A stretch of DNA of 64,000 bases from contig NC_090399.1 of NCBI RefSeq assembly GCF_036365525.1, forward strand, positions 66,892,862 to 66,956,861. The letters are read 5' to 3'. Made by a program: the position numbers and the translations under genes. The stretch is from Heterodontus francisci. Its lineage: Eukaryota. The notes beneath the pieces were generated by a model that was not told the DNA's origin, made no database searches, and saw only the letters and a program-made list of their open reading frames with translations. Positions 48,901 through 61,790 of the stretch are shown piece by piece. Each line of letters begins with the position of its first letter. Positions within the stretch are counted from its first letter, which is position 1.

Positions 48901-51900
48901 GTGTTGGAGTTTATTTACAGGGACTGTGTGTTCTGTTGGGGTTTATGTACAGGGACTCTGTTGTGTTGGGGTTTATTTACAGGGGCTCTGTGTTGTGTTG
49001 TGGTAAATTTACAGGGGCTCTGTGTTGTGTTGTTTTGGGGTTTATTTACAGGGGCTCTGTTTTGTGTTTTGTTGGGGTTTATTTACAGGGGCTCTGTGTT
49101 ATGTTGTTTTGGGGTTTATTTACAGGGGCTCTGTGTTGTGTTGGGGTTTATTTACAGGGGCTCTGTGTTGTGTTGTTTTGGGGTTGATGTACAGCGGCTC
49201 TGTGTTGTGTTGAGGTTTATTTACAGGGGCTCTGTGTTGTGTTGTTTTGGGGTTTATTTCCAGGGACTCTGTGTTGTGTTGTGGTTTATTTACAGGGACT
49301 CTGCTGTTTTGGGGTATATTTACAGGGGCTCTGTGTTGTGTTGGACTTTATTTACAGGGACTCTGTGTTGTGTTGGGGTTTATTTACAGGGGATCTGTGT
49401 TGTGTTGGGGTTTATTTACTGCTGATCTTGTTGTGTTGTTTTGGGGTTTATTTACAGGGGCTCTGTGATGTGTTGGGGTTTACTTACAGGGACTCTGATG
49501 TATTGGGGTTAATTTACAGGGGCTCTGTGTTGTGTTGTGGTTAATTATCAGGGGTTCTGTGTTGTGTTGGTGTTTATTTACAGGGGCTCTGTGTTGTGTT
49601 GTGTTGGAGTTTATTTACAGGGACTCTGTTGTGTTGGGGTTTATTTACAGGGGCTCTCTGTTGTGTTGGGGTTTATTTACAGGGGCTCTGTGTTGTGTTG
49701 TGTTGGGGTTTATTTACAGGGACTCTGTTGTGTTGGGGTTTATTTACAGGGGCTCTGTGTTGTGTTGTTTTGGGGTTTATTTACAGGGGCTCTGTTTTGT
49801 GTTGTGTTGGGGTTTATTTACAGGGGCTCTGTGTTGTGTTGTTCTGGGGTTTATTTACAGGGGCTCTGTGTTGCGTTGGGGTTTATTTACAGGGACTCTG
49901 TTGTGTTGGGGTTTATTTACAGGGGCTCTGTGTTGTTTTGGGGTTTATTTACAGGGACTCTGTTGTGTTGGGGTTTATTTCCAGGGGCTCTGTGTTGTGT
50001 TGTTTTGGGGTTTATTTACAGGGGCTCTGTGTTGTGTTGCGGTTTATTTACAGGGACTCTGTGTTGTGTTGGGGTTTATTTACAGGGCACTGTTGTGTTG
50101 GGGTTTATTTACAGGGGCTCTATGTTGTGTTGGGGTTTATTTACAGGGATTCTGTTGTGTTGGGGTTTATTTACAGGGGCTCTGAGTTGTGTTGTTTTGG
50201 GGTATATTTACAGGGGCTCTGTGTTGTGTTGTGTTGGGGTTTATTTACAGGGGCTCTGTGTTGTGTTGTTTTGGGGTTTATTTACAGGGGCTCTGTGTTG
50301 CGTTGGTGTTTATTTACAGGGACTCTGTGTTGTGTTGGGGTTTATTTACAGGGGCTCTGTGTTGTGTTGTTTTGGGGTTTATTTAGAGGAGCTCTGTTTT
50401 GTGTTGTGTTCGTCATTATTGACAGGGGCTCTGTGGTGTTTTGGGGTTTATTTACAGGGGCTCTATGTTGTGTTGGGGTTTATTTACAGGGATTCTGTTG
50501 TGCTGGGGTTTATTTACAGGGTCTCTGTGTTGTGTTGTTTTGGGGTATATTTACAGGGGCTCTGTGTTGTGTTGTGTTGGGGTTTATTTACAGGGGCTCT
50601 GTGTTGTGTTGTTTTGGGGTTTATTTACAGGGGCTCTGTGTTGTGTTGGGGTTTATTTACAGGGGCTCTGTGTTGTGTTGGGGTTTATTTACAGGGGCTC
50701 TGTGTTGTGTTGTTTTGGGGTTTATTTAGAGGGGCACTGTTTTGTGTTGTGTTGGTCATTATTTACAGGGGCTCTGTGTTGTGTTGGGGTTTATTTACAG
50801 GGGCTCTGTGTTGTGTTGGGGTTTATTTACAGGGGCTCTGTGTTGTGTTGTTTTGGGTTTTATTTACAGGGGCTTTGTTTTGTGTTGTTTTGGGGTTTAT
50901 TTACAAAGGCTCTGTGTTGTATTGGGTTTATTTACAGGGGCTCTGTGTTGTGTCGGTGTTTATTTACAGGGGCTCTGTGTTGTGTTGCTTTGGGGTTTAT
51001 TTAGAGGGGCTCTGTTTTGTGTTGTGTTGGTCATTATTTACAGGGGCTCTGTGTTGTGTTGGGGTTTATTTACAGGGGCTCTGTGTTGTGTTGGGGTTTA
51101 TTTACAGGGGCTCTGTGTTGTGTTGTTTTGGGGTTTATTTGCAGGGGCTCTGTTTTGTGTTGTGTTGGGGTTTATTTCCAGGGGCTCTGTGTTGTGTTGG
51201 GGTTTATTTACAAAGGCTCTGTGTTGTGTTGGGTTTATTTACAGGGGCTGTGTGTTGTGTCGGTGTTTATTTACAGGGGCTCTGTGTTGTGTCGGTGTTT
51301 ATTTACAGGGGCTCTGTGTTGTGTTGGGGTTTATTTACAGGGGCTCTGTGTTGTGTTGGGGTTTATTTACAGGGGCTCTGTGTTGTTTTGGGGTTTATTT
51401 ACAAAGGCTCTGTGTTGTGTTGGGTTTATTTACAGGGGCTGTGTGTTGTGTTGGTGTTATTTACAGGGGCTCTGAGTTGTGTTGGGGTTTATTTACAGGG
51501 ACTCTGTTGCGTTGGGGTTTATTTACAGGGGCTCTGTGTTGTATTGTTTTGAGGTTTATTTACAGGGGCTCTGTGTTGTGTTGTGTTGGAGTTTATTTAC
51601 AGGGACTGTGTGTTGTGTTGGGGTTTATTTACAGGGACTCTGTTGTGTTGGGATTTATTTACAGGGGCTCTGTGTTGTGTTGGGGTAAATTTACAGGGGC
51701 TCTGTGTTGTGTTGGGGTTTATTTACAGGGAATCTTTTGTGTTGGGGTTTATTTACAGGGGCTCTGTGTTGTGTTGGGGTAAATTTACAGGGGTTCTGTG
51801 TTGTGTTGGGGTTTATTTACAGGGGCTCTGTGTTGTGTTGTTTTGGGGTTTATTTACAGGGGCTCTGTTTTGTGTTGTGTTGGGGTTTATTTACAGGGGC

Positions 51901-52939
51901 TCTGTGTTGTGTTGTTTTGGGGTTTATTTACAGGGGCTCTGTGTTGTGTTGGGGTTTATTTACAGGGACTCTGTTGTGTTGGGGTTTATTTACAGGGGCT
52001 CTTTGTTGTGTTGGGGTTTATTTACAGGGGCTCTGTGTTGTGTTGGGGTTTATTTACAGGGGCTCTGTGTTGTGTTGTTTTGGTGTTTATTTCCAAAGAC
52101 TCTGTGTTGTGTTGGGGTTTATTTACAGGGACTCTGCTGTTTTGGGGTCTATTTACAGGGGCTCTGTGTTGTGTTGGAGTTTATTTACAGGGACACTGTG
52201 TTGTGTTGGGGTTTATTTTCAGGGGCTCTGTGTTGTGTTGATTTGGGGTTTATTTACAGGGGCTTTGTTTTGTGTTGTGTTGGGGTTTATTTACAGGGGC
52301 TCTGTGTTGTTTTGGGGTTTATTTACAAAGGCTCTGTGTTGTATTGGGTTTATTTACAGGGGCTGTGTGTTGTGTCGGTGTTTATTTACAGGGGCTCTGT
52401 GTTGAGTTGGGGTTTATTTACAGGGGCTCTGTGTTGTGTTGTTTTGGGGTTTATTTGCAGGGGCTCTGTTTTGTGTTGTGTTGGGGTTTATTTACAGGGG
52501 TTGTGTGTTGTGTCGGTGTTTATTTACAGGGGCTCTGTGTTGTGTCGGTGTTTATTTACAGGGGCTCTGTGTTGTGTTGGGGTTTATTTACAGGGGCTGT
52601 GTGTTGTGTTGGGGTTTATTTACAGGGGCTCTGTGTTGTTTTGGGCTTTATTTACAAAGGCTCTGTGTTGTGTTGGGTTTATTTACAGGGGCTGTGTGTT
52701 GTGTCGGTGTTTATTTACAGGGGCTCTGTGTTGTGTCGGTGTTTATTTACAGGGGCTCTGTGTTGTGTTGGGGTTTATTTACAGGGGCTGTGTGTTGTGT
52801 TGGGGTTTATTTACAGGGGCTCTGTGTTGTTTTGGGCTTTATTTACAAAGGCTCTGTGTTGTGTTGGGTTTATTTACAGGGGCTGTGTGTTGTGTTGGGG
52901 TCATTTACAGGGGCTCTGTGTTGTTTTGGGGTTTATTTA

Positions 52940-55900
52940 CAGGGGCTCTGTGTTGTGTTGGAGTTTATTTACAGGGACTCTGTGTTGTGTTGTGTTGGGG
53001 TTTATTTACAGGGGCTCTGAGTTGTGTTGGGGTTTATTTACAGGGACTCTGTTGCGTTGGGGTTTATTTACAGGGGCTCTGTGTTGTATTGTTTTGAGGT
53101 TTATTTACAGGGGCTCTGTGTTGTGTTGTGTTGGAGTTTATTAACAGGGACTGTGTGCTGTGTTGGGGTTTATTTACAGGGACTCTGTTGTGTTGGGGTT
53201 TATTTACAGGGGCTCTGTGTTGTGTTGGGTATATTTACAGGGGCTCTGTGTTGTGTTGGGGTTTATTTACAGGGAAGCTGTTGTGTTGGGGTTTATTTAC
53301 AGGGGCTCTGTGTTGTGTTGGGGTAAATTTACAGGGGTTCTGTGTTGTGTTGGGGTTTATTTACAGGGGCTCTGTGTTGTGTTGGGGTTTATTTACAGGG
53401 GCTCTGTGTTGTGTTGTTTTGGTGTTTATTTACAGGGGCTTTGTTTTGTGTTGTGTTGGGGTTTATTTACAGGGGCTCTGTGTTGTTTTGGGGTTTATTT
53501 ACAAAGGCTCTGTGTTGTATTGGGTTTATTTACAGGGGCTGTGTGTTGTGTCGGTGTTTATTTACAGGGGCTCTGTGTTGTGTTAGGGTTTATTCACAGG
53601 GGCTCTGTGTTGTGTTGGGGTTTATTTACAGGGGCTCTGTGTTGTGTTGTTTTGGGGTTTATTTGCAGGGGCTCTGTTTTGTGTTGTGTTGGGGTTTATT
53701 TACAGGGGCTCTGTGTTGTTTTGGGGTTTATTTACAAAGGCTCTGTGTTGTGTTGGGTTTATTTACAGGGGCTGTGTGTTGTGTCGGTGTTTATTTACAG
53801 GGGCTCTGTGTTGTGTCGGTGTTTATTTACAGGGGCTCTGTGTTGTGTTGGGGTTTATTTACAGGGGCTCTGTGTTGTGTTGGGGTTTATTTACAGGGGC
53901 TCTGTGTTGTTCTGGGGTTTATTTACAAAGGCTCTGTGTTGTGTTGGGTTTATTTACAGGGGCTGTGTGTTGTGTTGGGGTTATTTACAGGGGCTCTGTG
54001 TTGTTTTGGGGTTTATTTACAGGGGCTCTGTGTTGTGTTGGAGTTTATTTACAGGGACTCTGTGTTGTGTTGTGTTGGGGTTTATTTACAGGGGCTCTGA
54101 GTTGTGTTGGGGTTTATTTACAGGGACTCTGTTGCGTTGCGGTTTATTTACAGGGGCTCTGTGTTGTATTGTTTTGGGGTTTATTTACAGGGGCTCTGTG
54201 TTGTGTTGTGTTGGAGTTTATTTACAGGGACTGTGTGTTCTGTTGGGGTTTATTTACAGGGAATCTGTTGTGTTGGGGTTTATTTACAGGGGTCTGTGTT
54301 GTGTTGGGGTAAATTTACAGGGGCTCTGTGTTGTGTTGTTTTGGGGTTTATTTAGAGGGGCTCTGTTTTGTGTTGTGTTGGTCATTATTTACAGGGGCTC
54401 TGTGTTGTGTTAGGGTTTATTCACAGGGGCTCTGTGTTGTGTTGGGGTTTATTTACAGGGGCTCTGTGTTGTGTTGTTTTGGGGTTTATTTGCAGGGGCT
54501 CTGTTTTGTGTTGTGTTGGGGTTTATTTACAGGGGCTCTGTGTTGTTTTGGGGTTTATTTACAAAGGCTCTGTGTTGTGTTGGGTTTATTTACAGGGGCT
54601 GTGTGTTGTGTCGGTGTTTATTTACAGGGGCTCTGTGTTGTGTCGGTGTTTATTTACAGGGGCTCTGTGTTGTGTTGGGGTTTATTTACAGGGGCTCTGT
54701 GTTGTGTTGGGGTTTATTTACAGGGGCTCTGTGTTGTTCTGGGGTTTATTTACAAAGGCTCTGTGTTGTGTTGGGTTTATTTACAGGGGCTGTGTGTTGT
54801 GTTGGGGTTATTTACAGGGGCTCTGTGTTGTTTTGGGGTTTATTTACAGGGGCTCTGTGTTGTGTTGGAGTTTATTTACAGGGACTCTGTGTTGTGTTGT
54901 GTTGGGGTTTATTTACAGGGGCTCTGAGTTGTGTTGGGGTTTATTTACAGGGACTCTGTTGCGTTGCGGTTTATTTACAGGGGCTCTGTGTTGTATTGTT
55001 TTGAGGTTTATTTACAGGGGCTCTGTGTTGTGTTGTGTTGAGTTTATTTACAGGGACTGTGTGTTCTGTTGGGGTTTATGTACAGGGACTCTGTTGTGTT
55101 GGGGTTTATTTACAGGGGCTCTGTGTTGTGTTGGGGTAAATTTACAGGGACTCTGTGTTGTGTTGGGGTTTATTTACAGGGTATCTGTTGTGTTGGGGTT
55201 TATTTACAGGGGCTCTGTGTTGTGTTGGGGTTTATTTACAGGGGTTCTGTGTTGTGTTGGGGTTTATTTACAGGGGCTCTGTGTTGTGTTGTTTTGGGGT
55301 TTATTTACAGGGGCTCTGTGTTGTGTTGGGGTTTATTTACAGGGGCTCTGTGTTGTGTTGTTTTGGGGTTTATGTACAGCGGCTCTGTGTTGTGTTGAGG
55401 TTTATTTACAGGGGCTCTGTGTTGTGTTGTGTTGGGGTTTATTTACAGGGGCTCTGTGTTGTGTTGTTTTGGGGTTTATTTACAGGGGCTCTGTGTTGTG
55501 TTGGGGTTTATTTACAGGGGCTCTGTGTTGTGTTGGGGTTTATTTACAGGGGCTCTGTGTTGTGTTGTTTTGGGGTTTATTTAGAGGGGCACTGTTTTGT
55601 GTTGTGTTGGTCATTATTTACAGGGGCTCTGTGTTGTGTTGGGGTTTATTTACAGGGGCTCTGTGTTGTGTTGGGGTTTATTTACAGGGGCTCTGTGTTG
55701 TGTTGTTTTGGGTTTTATTTACAGGGGCTTTGTTTTGTGTTGTTTTGGGGTTTATTTACAAAGGCTCTGTGTTGTATTGGGTTTATTTACAGGGGCTCTG
55801 TGTTGTGTCGGTGTTTATTTACAGGGGCTCTGTGTTGTGTTGCTTTGGGGTTTATTTAGAGGGGCTCTGTTTTGTGTTGTGTTGGTCATTATTTACAGGG

Positions 55901-58900
55901 GCTCTGTGTTGTGTTGGGGTTTATTTACAGGGGCTCTGTGTTGTGTTGGGGTTTATTTACAGGGGCTCTGTGTTGTGTTGTTTTGGGGTTTATTTGCAGG
56001 GGCTCTGTTTTGTGTTGTGTTGGGGTTTATTTCCAGGGGCTCTGTGTTGTTTTGGGGTTTATTTACAAAGGCTCTGTGTTGTGTTGGGTTTATTTACAGG
56101 GGCTGTGTGTTGTGTCGGTGTTTATTTACAGGGGCTCTGTGTTGTGTCGGTGTTTATTTACAGGGGCTCTGTGTTGTGTTGGGGTTTATTTACAGGGGCT
56201 CTGTGTTGTGTTGGGGTTTATTTACAGGGGCTCTGTGTTGTGTTGGAGTTTATTTACAGGGACTCTGTGTTGTGTTGTGTTGGGGTTTATTTACAGGGGC
56301 TCTGAGTTGTGTTGGGGTTTATTTACAGGGACTCTGTTGCGTTGGGGTTTATTTACAGGGGCTCTGTGTTGTATTGTTTTGAGGTTTATTTACAGGGGCT
56401 CTGTGTTGTGTTGTGTTGGAGTTTATTAACAGGGACTGTGTGCTATGTTGGGGTTTATTTACAGGGACTCTGTTGTGTTGGGGTTTATTTACAGGGGCTC
56501 TGTGTTGTGTTGGGTATATTTACAGGGGCTCTGTGTTGTGTTGGGGTTTATTTACAGGGAATCTGTTGTGTTGGGGTTTATTTACAGGGGCTCTGTGTTG
56601 TGTTGGGGTAAATTTACAGGGGTTCTGTGTTGTGTTGGGGTTTATTTACAGGGGCTCTGTGTTGTGTTGGGGTTTATTTACAGGGGCTCTGTGTTGTGTT
56701 GTTTTGGTGTTTATTTACAGGGGCTTTGTTTTGTGTTGTGTTGGGGTTTATTTACAGGGGCTCTGTGTTGTTTTGGGGTTTATTTACAAAGGCTCTGTGT
56801 TGTATTGGGTTTATTTACAGGGGCTGTGTGTTGTGTCGGTGTTTATTTACAGGGGCTCTGTGTTGTGTTAGGGTTTATTCACAGGGGCTCTGTGTTGTGT
56901 TGGGGTTTATTTACAGGGGCTCTGTGTTGTGTTGTTTTGGGGTTTATTTGCAGGGGCTCTGTTTTGTGTTGTGTTGGGGTTTATTTACAGGGGCTCTGTG
57001 TTGTTTTGGGGTTTATTTGCAAAGGCTCTATGTTGTGTTGGGTTTATTTACAGGGGCTGTGTGTTGTGTCGGTGTTTATTTACAGGGGCTCTGTGTTGTG
57101 TCGGTGTTTATTTACAGGGGCTCTGTGCTGTGTTGGGGTTTATTTACAGGGGCTCTGTGTTGTGTTGGGGTTTATTTACAGGGGCTCTGTGTTGTTCTGG
57201 GGTTTATTTACAAAGGCTCTGTGTTGTGTTGGGTTTATTTACAGGGGCTGTGTGTTGTGTTGGGGTTATTTACAGGGGCTCTGTGTTGTTTTGGGGTTTA
57301 TTTACAGGGGCTCTGTGTTGTGTTGGAGTTTATTTACAGGGACTCTGTGTTGTGTTGTGTTGGGGTTTATTTACAGGGGCTCTGAGTTGTGTTGGGGTTT
57401 ATTTACAGGGACTCTGTTGCGTTGCGGTTTATTTACAGGGGCTCTGTGTTGTATTGTTTTGGGGTTTATTTACAGGGGCTCTGTGTTGTGTTGTGTTGGA
57501 GTTTATTTACAGGGACTGTGTGTTCTGTTGGGGTTTATGTACAGGGACTCTGTTGTGTTGGGGTTTATTTACAGGGGTCTGTGTTGTGTTGGGGTAAATT
57601 TACAGGGGCTCTGTGTTGTGTTGTTTTGGGGTTTATTTAGAGGGGCTCTGTTTTGTGTTGTGTTGGTCATTATTTACAGGGGCTCTGTGTTGTGTTAGGG
57701 TTTATTCACAGGGGCTCTGTGTTGTGTTGGGGTTTATTTACAGGGGCTCTGTGTTGTGTTGTTTTGGGGTTTATTTGCAGGGGCTCTGTTTTGTGTTGTG
57801 TTGGGGTTTATTTACAGGGGCTCTGTGTTGTTTTGGGGTTTATTTACAAAGGCTCTGTGTTGTGTTGGGTTTATTTACAGGGGCTGTGTGTTGTGTCGGT
57901 GTTTATTTACAGGGGCTCTGTGTTGTGTCGGTGTTTATTTACAGGGGCTCTGTGTTGTGTTGGGGTTTATTTACAGGGGCTCTGTGTTGTGTTGGGGTTT
58001 ATTTACAGGGGCTCTGAGTTGTTCTGGGGTTTATTTACAAAGGCTCTGTGTTGTGTTGGGTTTATTTACAGGGGCTGTGTGTTGTGTTGGGGTTATTTAC
58101 AGGGGCTCTGTGTTGTTTTGGGGTTTATTTACAGGGGCTCTGTGTTGTGTTGGAGTTTATTTACAGGGACTCTGTGTTGTGTTGTGTTGGGGTTTATTTA
58201 CAGGGGCTCTGAGTTGTGTTGGGGTTTATTTACAGGGACTCTGTTGCGTTGCGGTTTATTTACAGGGGCTCTGTGTTGTATTGTTTTGAGGTTTATTTAC
58301 AGGGGCTCTGTGTTGTGTTGTGTTGGAGTTTATTTACAGGGACTGTGTGTTCTGTTGGGGTTTATGTACAGGGACTCTGTTGTGTTGGGGTTTATTTACA
58401 GGGGCTCTGTGTTGTGTTGGGGTAAATTTACAGGGACTCTGTGTTGTGTTGGGGTTTATTTACAGGGTATCTGTTGTGTTGGGGTTTATTTACAGGGGCT
58501 CTGTGTTGTGTTGGGGTTTATTTACAGGGGTTCTGTGTTGTGTTGGGGTTTATTTACAGGGGCTCTGTGTTGTGTTGTTTTGGGGTTTATTTACAGGGGC
58601 TCTGTGTTGTGTTGGGGTTTATTTACAGGGGCTCTGTGTTGTGTTGTTTTGGGGTTTATGTACAGCGGCTCTGTGTTGTGTTGAGGTTTATTTACAGGGG
58701 CTCTGTGTTGTGTTGTGTTGGGGTTTATTTACAGGGGCTCTGTGTTGTGTTGTTTTGGGGTTTATTTACAGGGGCTCTGTGTTGTGTTGGGGTTTATTTA
58801 CAGGGGCTCTGTGTTGTGTTGGGGTTTATTTACAGGGGCTCTGTGTTGTGTTGTTTTGGGGTTTATTTAGAGGGGCACTGTTTTGTGTTGTGTTGGTCAT

Positions 58901-59510
58901 TATTTACAGGGGCTCTGTGTTGTGTTGGGGTTTATTTACAGGGGCTCTGTGTTGTGTTGGGGTTTATTTACAGGGGCTCTGTGTTGTGTTGTTTTGGGTT
59001 TTATTTACAGGGGCTTTGTTTTGTGTTGTTTTGGGGTTTATTTACAAAGGCTCTGTGTTGTATTGGGTTTATTTACAGGGGCTCTGTGTTGTGTCGGTGT
59101 TTATTTACAGGGGCTCTGTGTTGTGTTGCTTTGGGGTTTATTTAGAGGGGCTCTGTTTTGTGTTGTGTTGGTCATTATTTACAGGGGCTCTGTGTTGTGT
59201 TGGGGTTTATTTACAGGGGCTCTGTGTTGTGTTGGGGTTTATTTACAGGGGCTCTGTGTTGTGTTGTTTTGGGGTTTATTTGCAGGGCCTCTGTTTTGTG
59301 TTGTGTTGGGGTTTATTTCCAGGGGCTCTGTGTTGTTTTGGGGTTTATTTACAAAGGCTCTGTGTTGTGTTGGGTTTATTTACAGGGGCTGTGTGTTGTG
59401 TCGGTGTTTATTTACAGGGGCTCTGTGTTGTGTCGGTGTTTATTTACAGGGGCTCTGTGTTGTGTTGGGGTTTATTTACAGGGGCTCTGTGTTGTGTTGG
59501 GGTTTATTTA
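52940..59510. repeat. Tandem higher-order repeat, 2 x ~3285/3286 bp, each copy containing an internal 827-bp tandem duplication
   Basis: ORF pairs 53024/56309, 53128/56413, 53644/56929, 54328/57613 (3285) and 55155/58441, 55597/58883, 55872/59158 (3286, after a 1-bp deletion GTTG-AGTTT near 55040); 53644/54471 and 56929/57756 (827). Confidence 0.9.
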
Positions 59511-61790
59511 CAGGGGCTCTGTGTTGTTTTGGGGTTTATTTACAGGGGCTCTGTGTTGTGTTGGAGTTTATTTACAGGGACTCTGTGTTGTGTTGTGTTG
59601 GGGTTTATTTACAGGGGCTCTGAGTTGTGTTGGGGTTTATTTACAGGGACTCTGTTGCGTTGCGGTTTATTTACAGGGGCTCTGTGTTGTATTGTTTTGG
59701 GGTTTATTTACAGGGGCTCTGTGTTGTGTTGTGTTGGAGTCTATTTACAGGGACTGTGTGTTCTGTTGGGGTTTATGTACAGGGACTCTGTTGTGTTGGG
59801 GTTTATTTACAGGGGCTCTGTGTTGTGTTGGGGTAAATTTACAGGGGCTCTGTGTTGTTTTGTTTTGGGGTTTATTTAGAGGGGCTCTGTTTTGTGTTGT
59901 GTTGGTCATTATTTACAGGGGCTCTGTGTTGTGTTAGGGTTTATTCACAGGGGCTCTGTGTTGTGTTGGGGTTTATTTACAGGGGCTCTGTGTTGTGTTG
60001 TTTTGGGGTTTATTTGCAGGGGCTCTGTTTTGTGTTGTGTTGGGGTTTATTTACAGGGGCTCTGTGTTGTTTTGGGGTTTATTTACAAAGGCTCTGTGTT
60101 GTGTTGGGTTTATTTACAGGGGCTGTGTGTTGTGTCGGTGTTTATTTACAGGGGCTCTGTGTTGTGTCGGTGTTTATTTACAGGGGCTCTGTGTTGTGTT
60201 GGGGTTTATTTACAGGGGCTCTGTGTTGTGTTGGGGTTTATTTACAGGGGCTCTGTGTTGTTCTGGGGTTTATTTACAAAGGCTCTGTGTTGTGTTGGGT
60301 TTATTTACAGGGGCTGTGTGTTGTGTTGGGGTTATTTACAGGGGCTCTGTGTTGTTTTGGGGTTTATTTACAGGGGCTCTGTGTTGTGTTGGAGTTTATT
60401 TACAGGGACTCTGTGTTGTGTTGTGTTGGGGTTTATTTACAGGGGCTCTGAGTTGTGTTGGGGTTTATTTACAGGGACTCTGTTGCGTTGCGGTTTATTT
60501 ACAGGGGCTCTGTGTTGTATTGTTTTGAGGTTTATTTACAGGGGCTCTGTGTTGTGTTGTGTTGGAGTTTATTTACAGGGACTGTGTGTTCTGTTGGGGT
60601 TTATGTACAGGGACTCTGTTGTGTTGGGGTTTATTTACAGGGGCTCTGTGTTGTGTTGGGGTAAATTTACAGGGACTATGTGTTGTGTTGGGGTTTATTT
60701 ACAGGGTATCTGTTGTGTTGGGGTTTATTTACAGGGGCTCTGTGTTGTGTTGGGGTTTATTTACAGGGGTTCTGTGTTGTGTTGGGGTTTATTTACAGGG
60801 GCTCTGTGTTGTGTTGTTTTGGGGTTTATTTACAGGGGCTCTGTGTTGTGTTGGGGTTTATTTACAGGGGCTCTGTGTTGTGTTGTTTTGGGGTTTATGT
60901 ACAGCGGCTCTGTGTTGTGTTGGGGTTTATTTACAGGGGCTCTGTGTTATGTTGTGTTGGGGTTTATTTACAGGGGCTCTGTGTTGTGTTGTTTTGGGGT
61001 TTATTTACAGGGGCTCTGTGTTGTGTTGGGGTTTATTTACAGGGGCTCTGTGTTGTGTTGGGGTTTATTTACAGGGGCTCTGTGTTGTGTTGTTTTGGGG
61101 TTTATTTAGAGGGGCACTGTTTTGTGTTGTGTTGGTCATTATTTACAGGGGCTCTGTGTTGTGTTGGGGTTTATTTACAGGGGCTCTGTGTTGTGTTGGG
61201 GTTTATTTACAGGGGCTCTGTGTTGTGTTGTTTTGGGTTTTATGTACAGGGGCTTTGTTTTGTGTTGTTTTGGGGTTTATTTACAAAGGCTCTGTGTTGT
61301 ATTGGGTTTATTTACAGGGGCTCTGTGTTGTGTCGGTGTTTATTTACAGGGGCTCTGTGTTGTGTTGCTTTGGGGTTTATTTAGAGGGGCTCTGTTTTGT
61401 GTTGTGTTGGTCATTATTTACAGGGGCTCTGTGTTGTGTTGGGGTTTATTTACAGGGGCTCTGTGTTGTGTTGGGGTTTATTTACAGGGGCTCTGTGTTG
61501 TGTTGTTTTGGGGTTTATTTGCAGGGGCTCTGTTTTGTGTTGTGTTGGGGTTTATTTCCAGGGGCTCTGTGTTGTTTTGGGGTTTATTTACAAAGGCTCT
61601 GTGTTGTGTTGGGTTTATTTACAGGGGCTGTGTGTTGTGTCGGTGTTTATTTACAGGGGCTCTGTGTTGTGTCGGTGTTTATTTACAGGGGCTCTGTGTT
61701 GTGTTGGGGTTTATTTACAGGGGCTCTGTGTTGTGTTGGGGTTTATTTACAGGGGCTCTGTGTTGTTTTGGGGTTTATTTACAAAGGCTC
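57330..61790. repeat. Tandem higher-order repeat, 2 x 2239 bp
   Basis: ORF pairs 57613/59852, 57653/59892, 57756/59995, 58216/60455, 58320/60559, 58441/60680, 58883/61122 and 59158/61397 are all offset by 2239. Confidence 0.9.
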
